DNA of 32,000 nucleotides, taken from Erysipelothrix larvae. GTDB lineage: Bacteria > Bacillota_I > Bacilli_A > Erysipelotrichales > Erysipelotrichaceae. The position numbers and the translations under genes are program-made. Numbering within the stretch: position 1 is the first letter of the stretch; every line of letters starts with the position of its first letter. The stretch lies in the NCBI RefSeq assembly GCF_001545095.1, contig NZ_CP013213.1:2310001-2342000 (forward strand). Reading direction: 5' to 3'. Shown in pieces: positions 24,276 through 32,000 of this stretch. The notes under the pieces are model-generated. The model was not told the origin of the DNA. It saw nothing but the letters and a program-made list of their open reading frames with translations, and did no database searches.

Positions 24276-25532
24276 TTAGATAGTCTCGCCACGTTGTGGG
24301 AGATGGACTGATCCGTATGGATTCAGTAATAAATCTGGGCGCAATGTATGAATTGGAACCAAGCATTTTGGTTGGATCATTTCAATAATTGCGTCTAAGT
24401 CATTTGGAAAAGCATGCCCAGTACATCCTACATGATTAAACTCGATTCCCTTGTCCAGGAATTGTTGTTTAAATACAAGGTATGCAGGGTCAAATAATCC
24501 AAGTGGATCTGCATCACAGTGAATGTAGATTCCCCCTGATTGTAGTTGATCATCAAATCCTTGAATTTGCCACAGATATTTCTCAGGGTGTTCATCTCTT
24601 TGTGAAATATCTACTTCAAGTTCAGGATTCAATCCCCAGTCTTTGTTTGGATCCTTCTCGTATAAACAATCCATATCCAATAAAGACTTCAGTATGTAAG
24701 CCATTTTCTCCTTAAGAACCACGCTCCTTCTTACCTTGGCTACAATATGTGCAAAACGCTTAACGTTTGCAAGATACCCGTTGAATGTAATTTGTTGATT
24801 TGGATGGTTCTCCACTTCATCCACAATCCAATCCAACAGTGCTTCTTCAGACGCAAACTTATTCGTCTTAGACTCGGGTCTCCCTTCAAAACTGATCGAG
24901 ACGCCCTCCATAATAAGCATGTCACAATTCTTTGCCTTTTCACAAAAAGCAACTGTATCTGCGCTATCAAAGCCATGCAACCTCAGGTCACCCGTATAGG
25001 CAATCACACAGTCGGGTGTACGAATCATCATACCGCAAGCGCCATATGCATCATGATCCACACGATGCAATGTCACTTCAATATCCCCAACTTTGATCGT
25101 GGAATCAGGTTTCACACCTAAAATCTCACGGGTTACATAATCTTTGTTTATTGCAGGCAGTACGAATGTACCATCCTGATTAAGGAGCTCAATTAAGCGT
25201 TTTGTATCTTCTAGTGCATATAATGGCACTTGAGGATCCAGGTAATTAATCATGCGTGTATGGTCGAGATGGCAATGGCTTAAGAATACCGCAGTATTCG
25301 CACCATTTACTGTTCTTCCAAAAACTTCATCATACACATCAAGTTCAGGGATTAATCGATGTTCGATTAATGTATCTAAGAGTTCATCTTTCAATTTTAA
25401 CTCTGGTCTGAACTCAGTTCCAAAGTCAAAGAAAATTCGGGAACCTTCATAATTTATTTCAATAACCGTTCCACCAATAGTAAGTACACCGGCATGAAAT
25501 GTAATCCGTGTTTTTCTATCCTTTAATTCCAT
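24276..25532 (-). CDS. Cytoplasmic RNase J-like beta-CASP metallo-beta-lactamase-fold hydrolase (no C-terminal dimerisation domain)
   Basis: 418 aa from ATG 25532. By eye it is collinear with B. subtilis RNase J1:
- ITFHAGVLTIGGTVIE with VFALGGLGEIGKNTYA
- FLSHCHLDHTRM with FITHGHEDHIGG
- HRVDHDAYGACGMMIRTPDCVIAYTGDLRL with [29 protein letters not shown]
- GCTGHAFPNDLDAIIEMIQPKCLVPIHT with [29 protein letters not shown]

No signal peptide. Confidence 0.8.
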   Translation of the reverse strand: MELKDRKTRITFHAGVLTIGGTVIEINYEGSRIFFDFGTEFRPELKLKDELLDTLIEHRLIPELDVYDEVFGRTVNGANTAVFLSHCHLDHTRMINYLDPQVPLYALEDTKRLIELLNQDGTFVLPAINKDYVTREILGVKPDSTIKVGDIEVTLHRVDHDAYGACGMMIRTPDCVIAYTGDLRLHGFDSADTVAFCEKAKNCDMLIMEGVSISFEGRPESKTNKFASEEALLDWIVDEVENHPNQQITFNGYLANVKRFAHIVAKVRRSVVLKEKMAYILKSLLDMDCLYEKDPNKDWGLNPELEVDISQRDEHPEKYLWQIQGFDDQLQSGGIYIHCDADPLGLFDPAYLVFKQQFLDKGIEFNHVGCTGHAFPNDLDAIIEMIQPKCLVPIHTLRPDLLLNPYGSVHLPQRGETI

Positions 25533-26334
25533 TTTTGGATACCCCGCTAATAATTTGTTTTCTAAATGCAAAGTACAGAATCATCACTGGGACGATTGTG
25601 ATTGTTGATGCAGCCATCTGTAGTTGAACTTGTGAACCGGCTTCGGTCGCAAATGCACTGAGTCCGTTGTTCAAAAGTCTCATGGCTGGTGTATTGGTTA
25701 CAAGTAATGGCCACAAGAATGCGTTCCAACTTGAAATAAAGCATAAGAGTCCAACCGTAACGAGTGCTGGCCTCATAATTGGAAGTAATACTTTCCAAAT
25801 AAATTCTAAGTCACCACACCCATCAATCTTCGCAGCACGATAATATGAGTTTGGGATGGTTTCCATATATTGTTTCAAATAATACATATAGAACACACTC
25901 GCAAAGAATGGTAAGATCAGCGCAGCGTATGTATCTAAAAGACCAAGTCGTGCAATTGTTTGAAAGTTTGTAAAGACGATGGCCTCAAAGGGAATCATCA
26001 ATAAACTAATTAACCCAAACACTACTAAATTCTTGTGTTTAAATTCAAGCATTACAAGTGCAAACGCTGCAAGGACTGTGGTTACCAATACGCCAGCAGT
26101 GGTTACAATTGAAACAAGTGTTGTATTAAAGAAATACCGTGCAAACGGTGCTTTTTGAAGCACTTCCACATAGTTCGACCATTGAATTACAGCTGGGAAA
26201 AACTTAGGTGGTATGCTGATTGACTCTTGAAATGTCATTAAACTTGCGATAATCATATACACAAATGGGAAGAGTGTCACAAATGCCATAATGATTACAA
26301 ACGCATACGCAAAGAAATTTACTATTTTTTTCAT
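25516..26334 (-). CDS. ABC transporter permease (UgpE/MalG-like)
   Basis: Polytopic protein with the EAA-type loop ...YYRAAKIDGCGDLEFIWKVLLPIMRPAL. ATG 26334 is preferred (AGGTGA RBS). Confidence 0.85.
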   Translation of the reverse strand: MKKIVNFFAYAFVIIMAFVTLFPFVYMIIASLMTFQESISIPPKFFPAVIQWSNYVEVLQKAPFARYFFNTTLVSIVTTAGVLVTTVLAAFALVMLEFKHKNLVVFGLISLLMIPFEAIVFTNFQTIARLGLLDTYAALILPFFASVFYMYYLKQYMETIPNSYYRAAKIDGCGDLEFIWKVLLPIMRPALVTVGLLCFISSWNAFLWPLLVTNTPAMRLLNNGLSAFATEAGSQVQLQMAASTITIVPVMILYFAFRKQIISGVSKNGIKG

Positions 26335-26342
26335 ACAGTCAC

Positions 26343-27230
26343 CTACTTCGTAATCCATGCGATTACTTTATTTTGAATGAATGTAATTAGCAGAATAATT
26401 ACAAATAAGATAATTGTCGCAGCCATCCCTTGACCAAATCGCGTTTGAACATAAAACTTGTCATAGATATAGAACACTGCAGTCATTGCACTATTCGCAA
26501 TCCCCGCTTTCCCACCAAACAGCGCAAATACTTGGGTATATACCTTAAACGCTGAAATGAGACCCACCGAGAATAAAAACGTAATAATCGGAATTAACTG
26601 CGGTACGGTAATCTTAAAGAATTGTTCTCGCTTTGTTGCACCAAACATATCTGCAACTTTGTAGTATTCTTGGTTAATACTGCGTAAGCCCGATAATAGA
26701 ATAATGATGTTGAAAGCAAGACCTGACCATACACCAAAGATAATCAACGTCCAAACACTCATATTCACATTATCTAAAAAGTTAATCGGTGCAATACCCA
26801 CAAATCCTAAGAGATGGTTTATCATCCCATAATCAAAGTTAAACAGGTATCGAAAGACAACCCCGATTGCTACTGTACTTGTTAAGTATGGCAGAAAGAA
26901 AATCGTTTCAAAGAATGATTTAAACTTCAAACGATCAAAAATCAACCATGCAATGACAAGTGAAATTATAATACCAATCGGAACAACTGCAAATGCGTAT
27001 AATGCGGTATTTTTCATTGCATCATGAAACTTAGGATCTGTAATTACAACTTGATAATTGCGGATTCCATTGAACGACATATTTCCTAGACGTCCGGATT
27101 GAAAGGACATAATAAATGATCTAAATAATGGGTAGATACTAAATACAAAGACAATCAGTAAGGTTGGAAGTAAAAACAACCAGGCACTGCGTGAGTTTTC
27201 AGCGCTATACTTTAGTTTAAACTTTCCCAT
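26343..27230 (-). CDS. ABC transporter permease (UgpA/MalF-like)
   Basis: 295 aa, 6 TM, with EAA-type loop ...YYKVADMFGATKREQFFKITVPQLIP. The start overlaps the ATPase stop (TAATG). Confidence 0.85.
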   Translation of the reverse strand: MGKFKLKYSAENSRSAWLFLLPTLLIVFVFSIYPLFRSFIMSFQSGRLGNMSFNGIRNYQVVITDPKFHDAMKNTALYAFAVVPIGIIISLVIAWLIFDRLKFKSFFETIFFLPYLTSTVAIGVVFRYLFNFDYGMINHLLGFVGIAPINFLDNVNMSVWTLIIFGVWSGLAFNIIILLSGLRSINQEYYKVADMFGATKREQFFKITVPQLIPIITFLFSVGLISAFKVYTQVFALFGGKAGIANSAMTAVFYIYDKFYVQTRFGQGMAATIILFVIILLITFIQNKVIAWITK

Positions 27231-28300
27231 TAGTAAACGCGTGTCCCATCTTCCTTAAAGATAAAGAGACGTTCTAAATCCATTGAGAATCCATAGGATT
27301 CATTTTCTTGGATACTCTCCTCAATTGATACAAGACTCTTCATATGTTGATTACCAAGCTTGAAACTCACGATTGCTTCTTTCCCCATCAATTCAATTAA
27401 GTCAACATCACAGACAAATGAACTGTTTGGATCATATGAAATATTCTCAGGTCGAATCCCAATAATATACGTTCCTTCTTCAAGGGCTTCTTTGAATCTT
27501 GATTGATCGAGCTTATTTGTATCAATTGACAATCCTTCAAAATGAAGGTTGTTGTCTTTATATTCAACTGGAATCATGTTCATTCCTGGATTTCCTATAA
27601 AGCTTGCTACAAATAAGTTCTTTGGTTCTAAATATAAGTTTTGTGCTTCATCGTATTGTTGGATAACCCCATCATTCATCAATACAATCTTATCGCTGAT
27701 TGACATTGCTTCTTCTTGATCATGTGTTACAAAAATTGTTGTGATTCCAATTTTCTTAACAAGTCGACGAATTTCTTCTCGAATTCGAAGACGCAAACGC
27801 GCATCCAGATTACTGAGCGGTTCATCGAGCAAGAGTATTTTAGGTTGTTGAACGAGCGCACGTGTAATCGCGACACGTTGTTGCTGTCCCCCAGACATTG
27901 AATCTGGCTTCTTATCCGCTAATTCAGTGATGCTTGTCAATTCCATATATTCATATGCAATTTTCTGAGCGTCTTCTTTACTCATTTTATTCTTCCCAAC
28001 ACGCAGTGGGAACATGACGTTCTCCAATACTGTCATGTGTGGATACAATGCATAGTTTTGAAACACGAGACTCATATTACGATCTTTAGGGTGTTTTGTT
28101 ACGAGTGATTCCCCATCATTCTTGATATCCCCTTCAGTTGGATCAAGCAATCCGGCAATGAGGTTCAATATTGTAGTTTTCCCACACCCACTTGGTCCTA
28201 ATAGACAAACCAAGTCTCCTTCTTCGATTTGCAAATCTATCTTCTTTAGTGCCTCAAATCCATTTGGATAAACTTTTCGCAGGCTTGAAATTTCAATCAT
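27230..28300 (-). CDS. ABC transporter ATP-binding protein (MalK/UgpC-type with C-terminal regulatory/TOBE-like domain)
   Basis: Walker A GPSGCGKTT, signature MSGGQQQRVAI, Walker B LLLDEPLSNLD, H-loop THD. Confidence 0.9.
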   Translation of the reverse strand: MIEISSLRKVYPNGFEALKKIDLQIEEGDLVCLLGPSGCGKTTILNLIAGLLDPTEGDIKNDGESLVTKHPKDRNMSLVFQNYALYPHMTVLENVMFPLRVGKNKMSKEDAQKIAYEYMELTSITELADKKPDSMSGGQQQRVAITRALVQQPKILLLDEPLSNLDARLRLRIREEIRRLVKKIGITTIFVTHDQEEAMSISDKIVLMNDGVIQQYDEAQNLYLEPKNLFVASFIGNPGMNMIPVEYKDNNLHFEGLSIDTNKLDQSRFKEALEEGTYIIGIRPENISYDPNSSFVCDVDLIELMGKEAIVSFKLGNQHMKSLVSIEESIQENESYGFSMDLERLFIFKEDGTRVY

Positions 28301-28344
28301 GGCTTTCCTCTCATCATGTATATCTCTTCTTGCATAATAATAAT

Positions 28345-28373
28345 ATCATATAAATATAAATTTAATATATCAA
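28345..28373 (-). promoter_or_regulatory. Sigma-A-type promoter of the ABC importer operon
   Basis: On the minus strand, TTGATA (-35; complement of 28368-28373), a 17-nt spacer, then TATGAT (-10; complement of 28345-28350), about 45 nt upstream of the ATPase ATG. Confidence 0.45.
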
Positions 28374-28621
28374 TTGTATTTTTTATCGATTTTCACACAA
28401 AAGATGCTAGTAAACCGATGCAATAATAATGTACAATATAATGTTACAGGTAAATCACTTTTTTGTGTATCACTTTTCTTTGCAGAAAAACAAAAATAAT
28501 TGAGTTATTAATCTATCCGTTGCTCCATTAGTTTTTTCAATGCGCACATCACAATAGAGTTAAGTAACACTTAAGGTTTGTCCTCTATAATGAACTTCGT
28601 AATACAAAGAAGGACAACATT

Positions 28622-29323
28622 ATGAGATCAAAAAGAAACCCAATTCGTACATTTTTCCTATTCAGTTTATCTGCCTTGCTTTTATTAGTTGGTGGTTATG
28701 CTTTAGGTCAGCGCTTCCCACTCACAATACAGACAACACTTTTCGCGCAAACCAGCCTTGAAGATGACATTGAGCTCACACACCGCATTTTAATCATTGC
28801 AGGACATGGAAGTGATGTCACAGGGTGGTATGATTCAGGAGCAATTGCTTATGATGGGGAATATGAAGCCACTTTAAATAACGAACTTGCGAAATCGCTA
28901 CAGAATTCACTCTCAAATTACGGAGTCGACAGCGATATTCTCACTGAAAATGTCTACCGCAACATGATGTACTATGATGAACCCTATGTTTTTAGTGGCT
29001 ATGACTTTGTAATTGAGCTGCATTTCAATGCGAGTGACCGCGGAACCTATACGGGAACTGAAATCATTTATAATTCCTATAATGCATCAGATTTATCCGT
29101 GCATCAGGCTGTTGCGGATGAATTGGAAACCTTGAGTGGATCAAGCATGATTTATGAAGATGACGAATTTTTAGTTCAACGAACAATCGCCCAACAAAAT
29201 ATTCCAAGTATGTTGCTTGAAACGATCTATATCGACAATTACAGCGACTATACCTTATATCTAAACAATAAGGCAGCTTTTGTTGACGCAATTACACAAG
29301 GTCTTCTCACAATCTATAGGTAA
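28622..29323 (+). CDS. N-acetylmuramoyl-L-alanine amidase (Amidase_3 / CwlD-like) with N-terminal membrane anchor or signal
   Basis: 233 aa. Hydrophobic N-terminus. Motifs IIAGHGSDVTGWYDSGA, ELHFNA and LLETIYIDN are typical Amidase_3 Zn-ligand contexts. Confidence 0.8.
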   Translation: MRSKRNPIRTFFLFSLSALLLLVGGYALGQRFPLTIQTTLFAQTSLEDDIELTHRILIIAGHGSDVTGWYDSGAIAYDGEYEATLNNELAKSLQNSLSNYGVDSDILTENVYRNMMYYDEPYVFSGYDFVIELHFNASDRGTYTGTEIIYNSYNASDLSVHQAVADELETLSGSSMIYEDDEFLVQRTIAQQNIPSMLLETIYIDNYSDYTLYLNNKAAFVDAITQGLLTIYR

Positions 29324-29409
29324 CGATATAAAAACTATTCATGTGCGCGATTTGTACAAACGCTAAAAAGTGATGAATCTCCTTTTTGAAAACTGCAGAT
29401 TTCTTCTTT

Positions 29410-29438
29410 TTACAGATACTTTAGTTCAATGTTATAAT
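29410..29438 (+). promoter_or_regulatory. Sigma-A-type promoter of the G5-protein gene
   Basis: TTACAG (29410-29415), a 17-nt spacer ending in TGT (extended -10), then TATAAT (29433-29438). The GGGGGGAATCGGGG RBS region and ATG 29465 follow. Confidence 0.5.
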
Positions 29439-29464
29439 GTTATCTAACAAGGGGGGAATCGGGG

Positions 29465-30751
29465 ATGAAAAATTTGATACATAATATATCAAATAGGATG
29501 AGGATTACGATTAAACAAGCGACCGCGTTAGTAGTAGTGATTGCATTACTATTGGTATCGACTGCTGGGCTTGGGGTTTGGGCAGTGATGTCAGACAAGG
29601 CTAGCAAGTTACCAGATACGGGAAATGGTGCTGCTGGTCATGATAATGACGAGGAAAAAGCCTCACATGCATATTCAATCTTGTATGAGGGAGCGATTCC
29701 TGTAATTCAAGGTGAAGATTTAAACTTAGCCAAATACTTGTCTGGTGATTTCGCAGCAGCAGAACTTGTTGATTTTGACAATGGTGTTGTTGGTGAGCAG
29801 ACTGTAGCAATCAAATTAACGTATGAAGATGGCTTTGTAGTTAATGCTACGTTAGATGTAAACGTAATGGCAAAAACTGCAGAGACTGAGGAAGAAGTTA
29901 AAAAGGCTGAGTCAGGTTCTACCGGATCGACTTCGACGGGTTCTACCGGTGGATCAACTACTCCTAATCAAACAACTAAGGAAGTAACTACAACTGAAAC
30001 GATTGCGTATAGTACAACATATCGTGATAACGCAAGTCTTGAAAAGGGTTCTGAACGTGTGGTTCAAACGGGTGTTAATGGCGTTCGCACTATTGTAACC
30101 CGAGTAACGTATGCGGGTACTGTAGAGACAAAGAAAGAGGTTATTTCTAGCAAGGTAACTCAAGAGGCTGTCAATCAGATAGTTGAACGCGGTACTAAGG
30201 TTGCAGCTACACCTGCACCAACTCCTGCTCCGGCACCACTGGTTACAACCAAAGATTTAACAACAACGGAGGAGGTTGCGTTTACTACGGAGTATCGCGA
30301 TAATGCAAACTTAGCTAAGGGTGTTGAGAATGTTATTCAAAACGGATCGAATGGTACGCGTACAATTGTGACTCGAGTGACGTATACAGATGGTAAAGAG
30401 ACGGGACGTTCTGTGGTATCGAATACTGTAACTGCAAACCCTGTTAATAAGATAATCGAACGTGGTACAAAGGTTGAGGTTACGTATTCCACAACTTGGT
30501 ATAACACTGAGTGGCGAATTTATGCTATAGAAGCGAAGGCACAGATGATGGCTGATGCAGATGCATACATGAGAGCAAATAATTATGCCAACTATTTATG
30601 GGTATCTGATACGGTTGAGGGTTCAGATGGAAGTACTATTTCGGTATACAGTGTGACGTTTTTGGATAGAGATGGTAATGGGGTAACTTTCTCTAACAGT
30701 TCAGTGAAAGTTCAAGTAGTTAAGTCCGGAAATCAGTGGGTTAGAAAGTAA
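29465..30751 (+). CDS. Membrane-anchored surface protein with two G5 domains and an unassigned C-terminal domain
   Basis: 428 aa. It has an N-terminal TM anchor (ALVVVIALLLVSTAGLGVWAV) and a Ser/Thr/Gly linker. Two G5-like repeats, each ending ...ERGTK, are separated by ATPAPTPAPAP. The C-terminal roughly 95 aa match nothing I recognise. No LPXTG motif. Confidence 0.8.
   Translation: MKNLIHNISNRMRITIKQATALVVVIALLLVSTAGLGVWAVMSDKASKLPDTGNGAAGHDNDEEKASHAYSILYEGAIPVIQGEDLNLAKYLSGDFAAAELVDFDNGVVGEQTVAIKLTYEDGFVVNATLDVNVMAKTAETEEEVKKAESGSTGSTSTGSTGGSTTPNQTTKEVTTTETIAYSTTYRDNASLEKGSERVVQTGVNGVRTIVTRVTYAGTVETKKEVISSKVTQEAVNQIVERGTKVAATPAPTPAPAPLVTTKDLTTTEEVAFTTEYRDNANLAKGVENVIQNGSNGTRTIVTRVTYTDGKETGRSVVSNTVTANPVNKIIERGTKVEVTYSTTWYNTEWRIYAIEAKAQMMADADAYMRANNYANYLWVSDTVEGSDGSTISVYSVTFLDRDGNGVTFSNSSVKVQVVKSGNQWVRK
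29966..30472 (+). repeat. Tandem intragenic duplication encoding the two G5 domains
   Basis: Repeat 1, about 29966-30199 (TTKEVTTTETIAYSTTYRDNASLEKGSERVVQTGVNGVRTIVTRVTY...IVERGTK). Repeat 2, about 30242-30472 (TTKDLTTTEEVAFTTEYRDNANLAKGVENVIQNGSNGTRTIVTRVTY...IIERGTK). Diverged at the DNA level. Confidence 0.7.
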
Positions 30752-30856
30752 CAAAGGTGTGTTTTAATATGAACCCATTATCAAGTACAATGTAAAAAAT
30801 TAGATAACCTTTATCACTTAATATTCTCTATACTCCAAGCAGGATGTACTTTGTTT

Positions 30857-31470
30857 TCAATTTGAAATGGATTCTAAATCATTCTTAATTTGAACTGGAG
30901 TATGATTTGGATTGCCAGTTTCTGCTAGATCCCGATGTTGTTTCCAAGCAAGTCTTTTAGTTTGGGATTCTAGAGCATTATCCCAACAATTACCTCTTCT
31001 TAACATCGCTTGCCAAATTTTAGATTTTTCAATAAGTGTCAGGAGATTTTTACTTGTATAGTGTATACCTTGATCAGAATGGATCAAGGTTTTTTACTTC
31101 CTAGAAATCTTATGATTTGAAAGTGAATCATTTACTGTTTCAAACACATGATCTATCTCTTTATGCCATAGTATACATAAGTAATATCGGTAAACAATAC
31201 TCGCCACTTCCAACTGTGTCAAATTTTCGATTGAGGATATTTGACATCACTGTATGCTCATTCTTTGCCTGAGCCATACGTCGATAAGGATTCGTTTTTG
31301 CTTTTATCACATTAATATCAATACCCGCTTCATACTGGGCATAGAAACGCTCTTTAAAATCCTCAGAGTATGTAATTGGATTCTCCCATACATCTTTGAC
31401 ATTTGGATTTTCAAGTAGATATGTAATTTGTGTTTGCGTGAATTTTGCTTTTCTCTTATGATGCTTCTAT
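30857..31470 (-). mobile_element. Decayed IS3-family insertion sequence (transposase pseudogene with internal deletion and frameshifts)
   Basis: ORF 30857..31087 encodes the integrase-core end MIHSDQGIHYTSKN...RRGNCWDNALES, then diverges.

Upstream, on the minus strand, 31470-31150 reads MK*KHHKRKAKFTQTQITYLLENPNVKDVWENPITYSEDFKERFYAQYEAG... (OrfA-like HTH). This is joined directly to ...NILNRKFDTVGSGEY. In another frame it reads VLFTDITYVYYG (start of the OrfB catalytic region). Confidence 0.7.
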
Positions 31471-31488
31471 TTCATTTTATTATCCATC

Positions 31489-31539
31489 AAAAAAACCCTA
31501 TAAAATAGAATCATGTTTTTACATGTCTATTCTATAGGG
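31489..31539 (-). terminator. Rho-independent terminator of tkt
   Basis: On the minus strand, an ACCCTATAGAATAGACATG...CATGATTCTATTTTATAGGGT long imperfect stem followed by TTTTTTT, about 35 nt after the tkt stop. Confidence 0.65.
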
Positions 31540-31572
31540 TCTGTTTTAAAGATACACCACTTTTTTATTTTG

Positions 31573-32000
31573 CTATAAAATCTCTTTAACCGTCTTCACA
31601 ACATTTTCTACTGTGAATCCAAATTCTTTAAAGAGAACATCACCCTTGCCAGAAGCGCCAAATGTGTCGATTGTGACAGCTTTACCATCAAATCCAATAT
31701 AGCGTTCCCATCCAAATGAAGATGCAGCCTCGATTGCTACACGGCTTCTTACAGCGCGTGGCAATACAGACTCTTTGTATTCGCACGATTGTTTCTCAAA
31801 GAGTTCGAATGAAGGCATACTTACAACACGTACCCCAACACCTTCTTCTTCAAGTGCTTGAGCTGAATCCAGCGCAAGTGAAACTTCTGATCCAGTTGCG
31901 ATTAAGATTACATCAACCTTGTTTGCATCTTTCAGAACATATGCACCTTTAAGAGCATCAGGTCCTGTACCTTCAAGTTGCGGTAAGTTTTGACGTGATA
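31573..32000 (-). CDS. tkt: Transketolase, C-terminal part (5' end beyond the window)
   Basis: The reading frame is open to the right edge. My translation ...SRQNLPQLEGTGPDALKGAYVLKDANKVDVILIATGSEVSLALDSAQALEEEGVGVRVVSMPSFELFEKQ...FGASGKGDVLFKEFGFTVENV is canonical Tkt C-terminus. Confidence 0.9.
   Translation of the reverse strand, partial: SRQNLPQLEGTGPDALKGAYVLKDANKVDVILIATGSEVSLALDSAQALEEEGVGVRVVSMPSFELFEKQSCEYKESVLPRAVRSRVAIEAASSFGWERYIGFDGKAVTIDTFGASGKGDVLFKEFGFTVENVVKTVKEIL

Noticed and set aside
24259-24366. N-terminal extensions proposed by the ORF track: SBP to 24366, beta-CASP gene to 25571 (TTG), rplK to 20072, IIB to 1864 (TTG), alr to 7856, permease to 26358, membrane ORF to 22603 (TTG).
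   Set aside because: Internal starts have proper Shine-Dalgarno sequences and give canonical N-termini (lipobox, L11 VSKRIA..., IIB MISLLRIDERLIHGQV). The extensions overlap upstream genes or leaders.
1-32000. A scan for CRISPR arrays, tRNA/rRNA genes, long direct or inverted repeats, and integrase or att-type island boundaries.
   Set aside because: I saw no regularly spaced repeats, no T-loop or anticodon-arm-like tRNA signatures, and no rRNA-like conserved stretches. The only repeat is the intragenic G5 duplication, and the only mobile-element trace is the IS3 remnant.

Overview
Low-GC, gene-dense chromosomal segment of Bacillota type. The gene content (isolated rplK-rplA pair, ugp-like ABC importer, pseudogenes, orphan purC) suggests a partly reduced Erysipelotrichia-like genome, but that is inference only. 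I support about 33 protein-coding genes, one multiply disrupted HipA-kinase pseudogene, one decayed IS3-family element, about a dozen intrinsic terminators and two sigma-A-like promoters. I saw no rRNA, tRNA or CRISPR array.

Left to right:
- a partial S9 peptidase
- an RpiR-regulated mannose-family PTS with a fused IIC-IID subunit and an embedded nanE
- a yitT / TIM-barrel / HesB-like cluster
- a small membrane protein coupled to alr
- rmuC plus an unrecognisable 229-aa ORF
- a patatin-like lipase and a PAP2 phosphatase
- a tightly overlapping UPF0173 / ArsC-family / yaaA / membrane / HAD / tandem-HTH MerR operon, followed by a short (751 aa) UvrA paralogue
- rplK-rplA, the HipA pseudogene and an isolated purC
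- a GC-enriched ORF-free block that may be a structured RNA
- a CUT1-type ABC importer operon carrying an internal RNase J-like beta-CASP metallo-hydrolase
- an amidase plus a tandem-G5 surface protein
- the IS3 remnant and the 3' end of tkt

The candidates I consider most worth follow-up are the ABC importer with its cytoplasmic RNase J-like enzyme, the tandem-HTH MerR next to the UvrA2-like gene, the PTS(IIC-IID fusion)/nanE module, and the unclassified GC-rich block at about 22.66-22.86 kb. All family calls come from reading the translations by eye. No database search was run.
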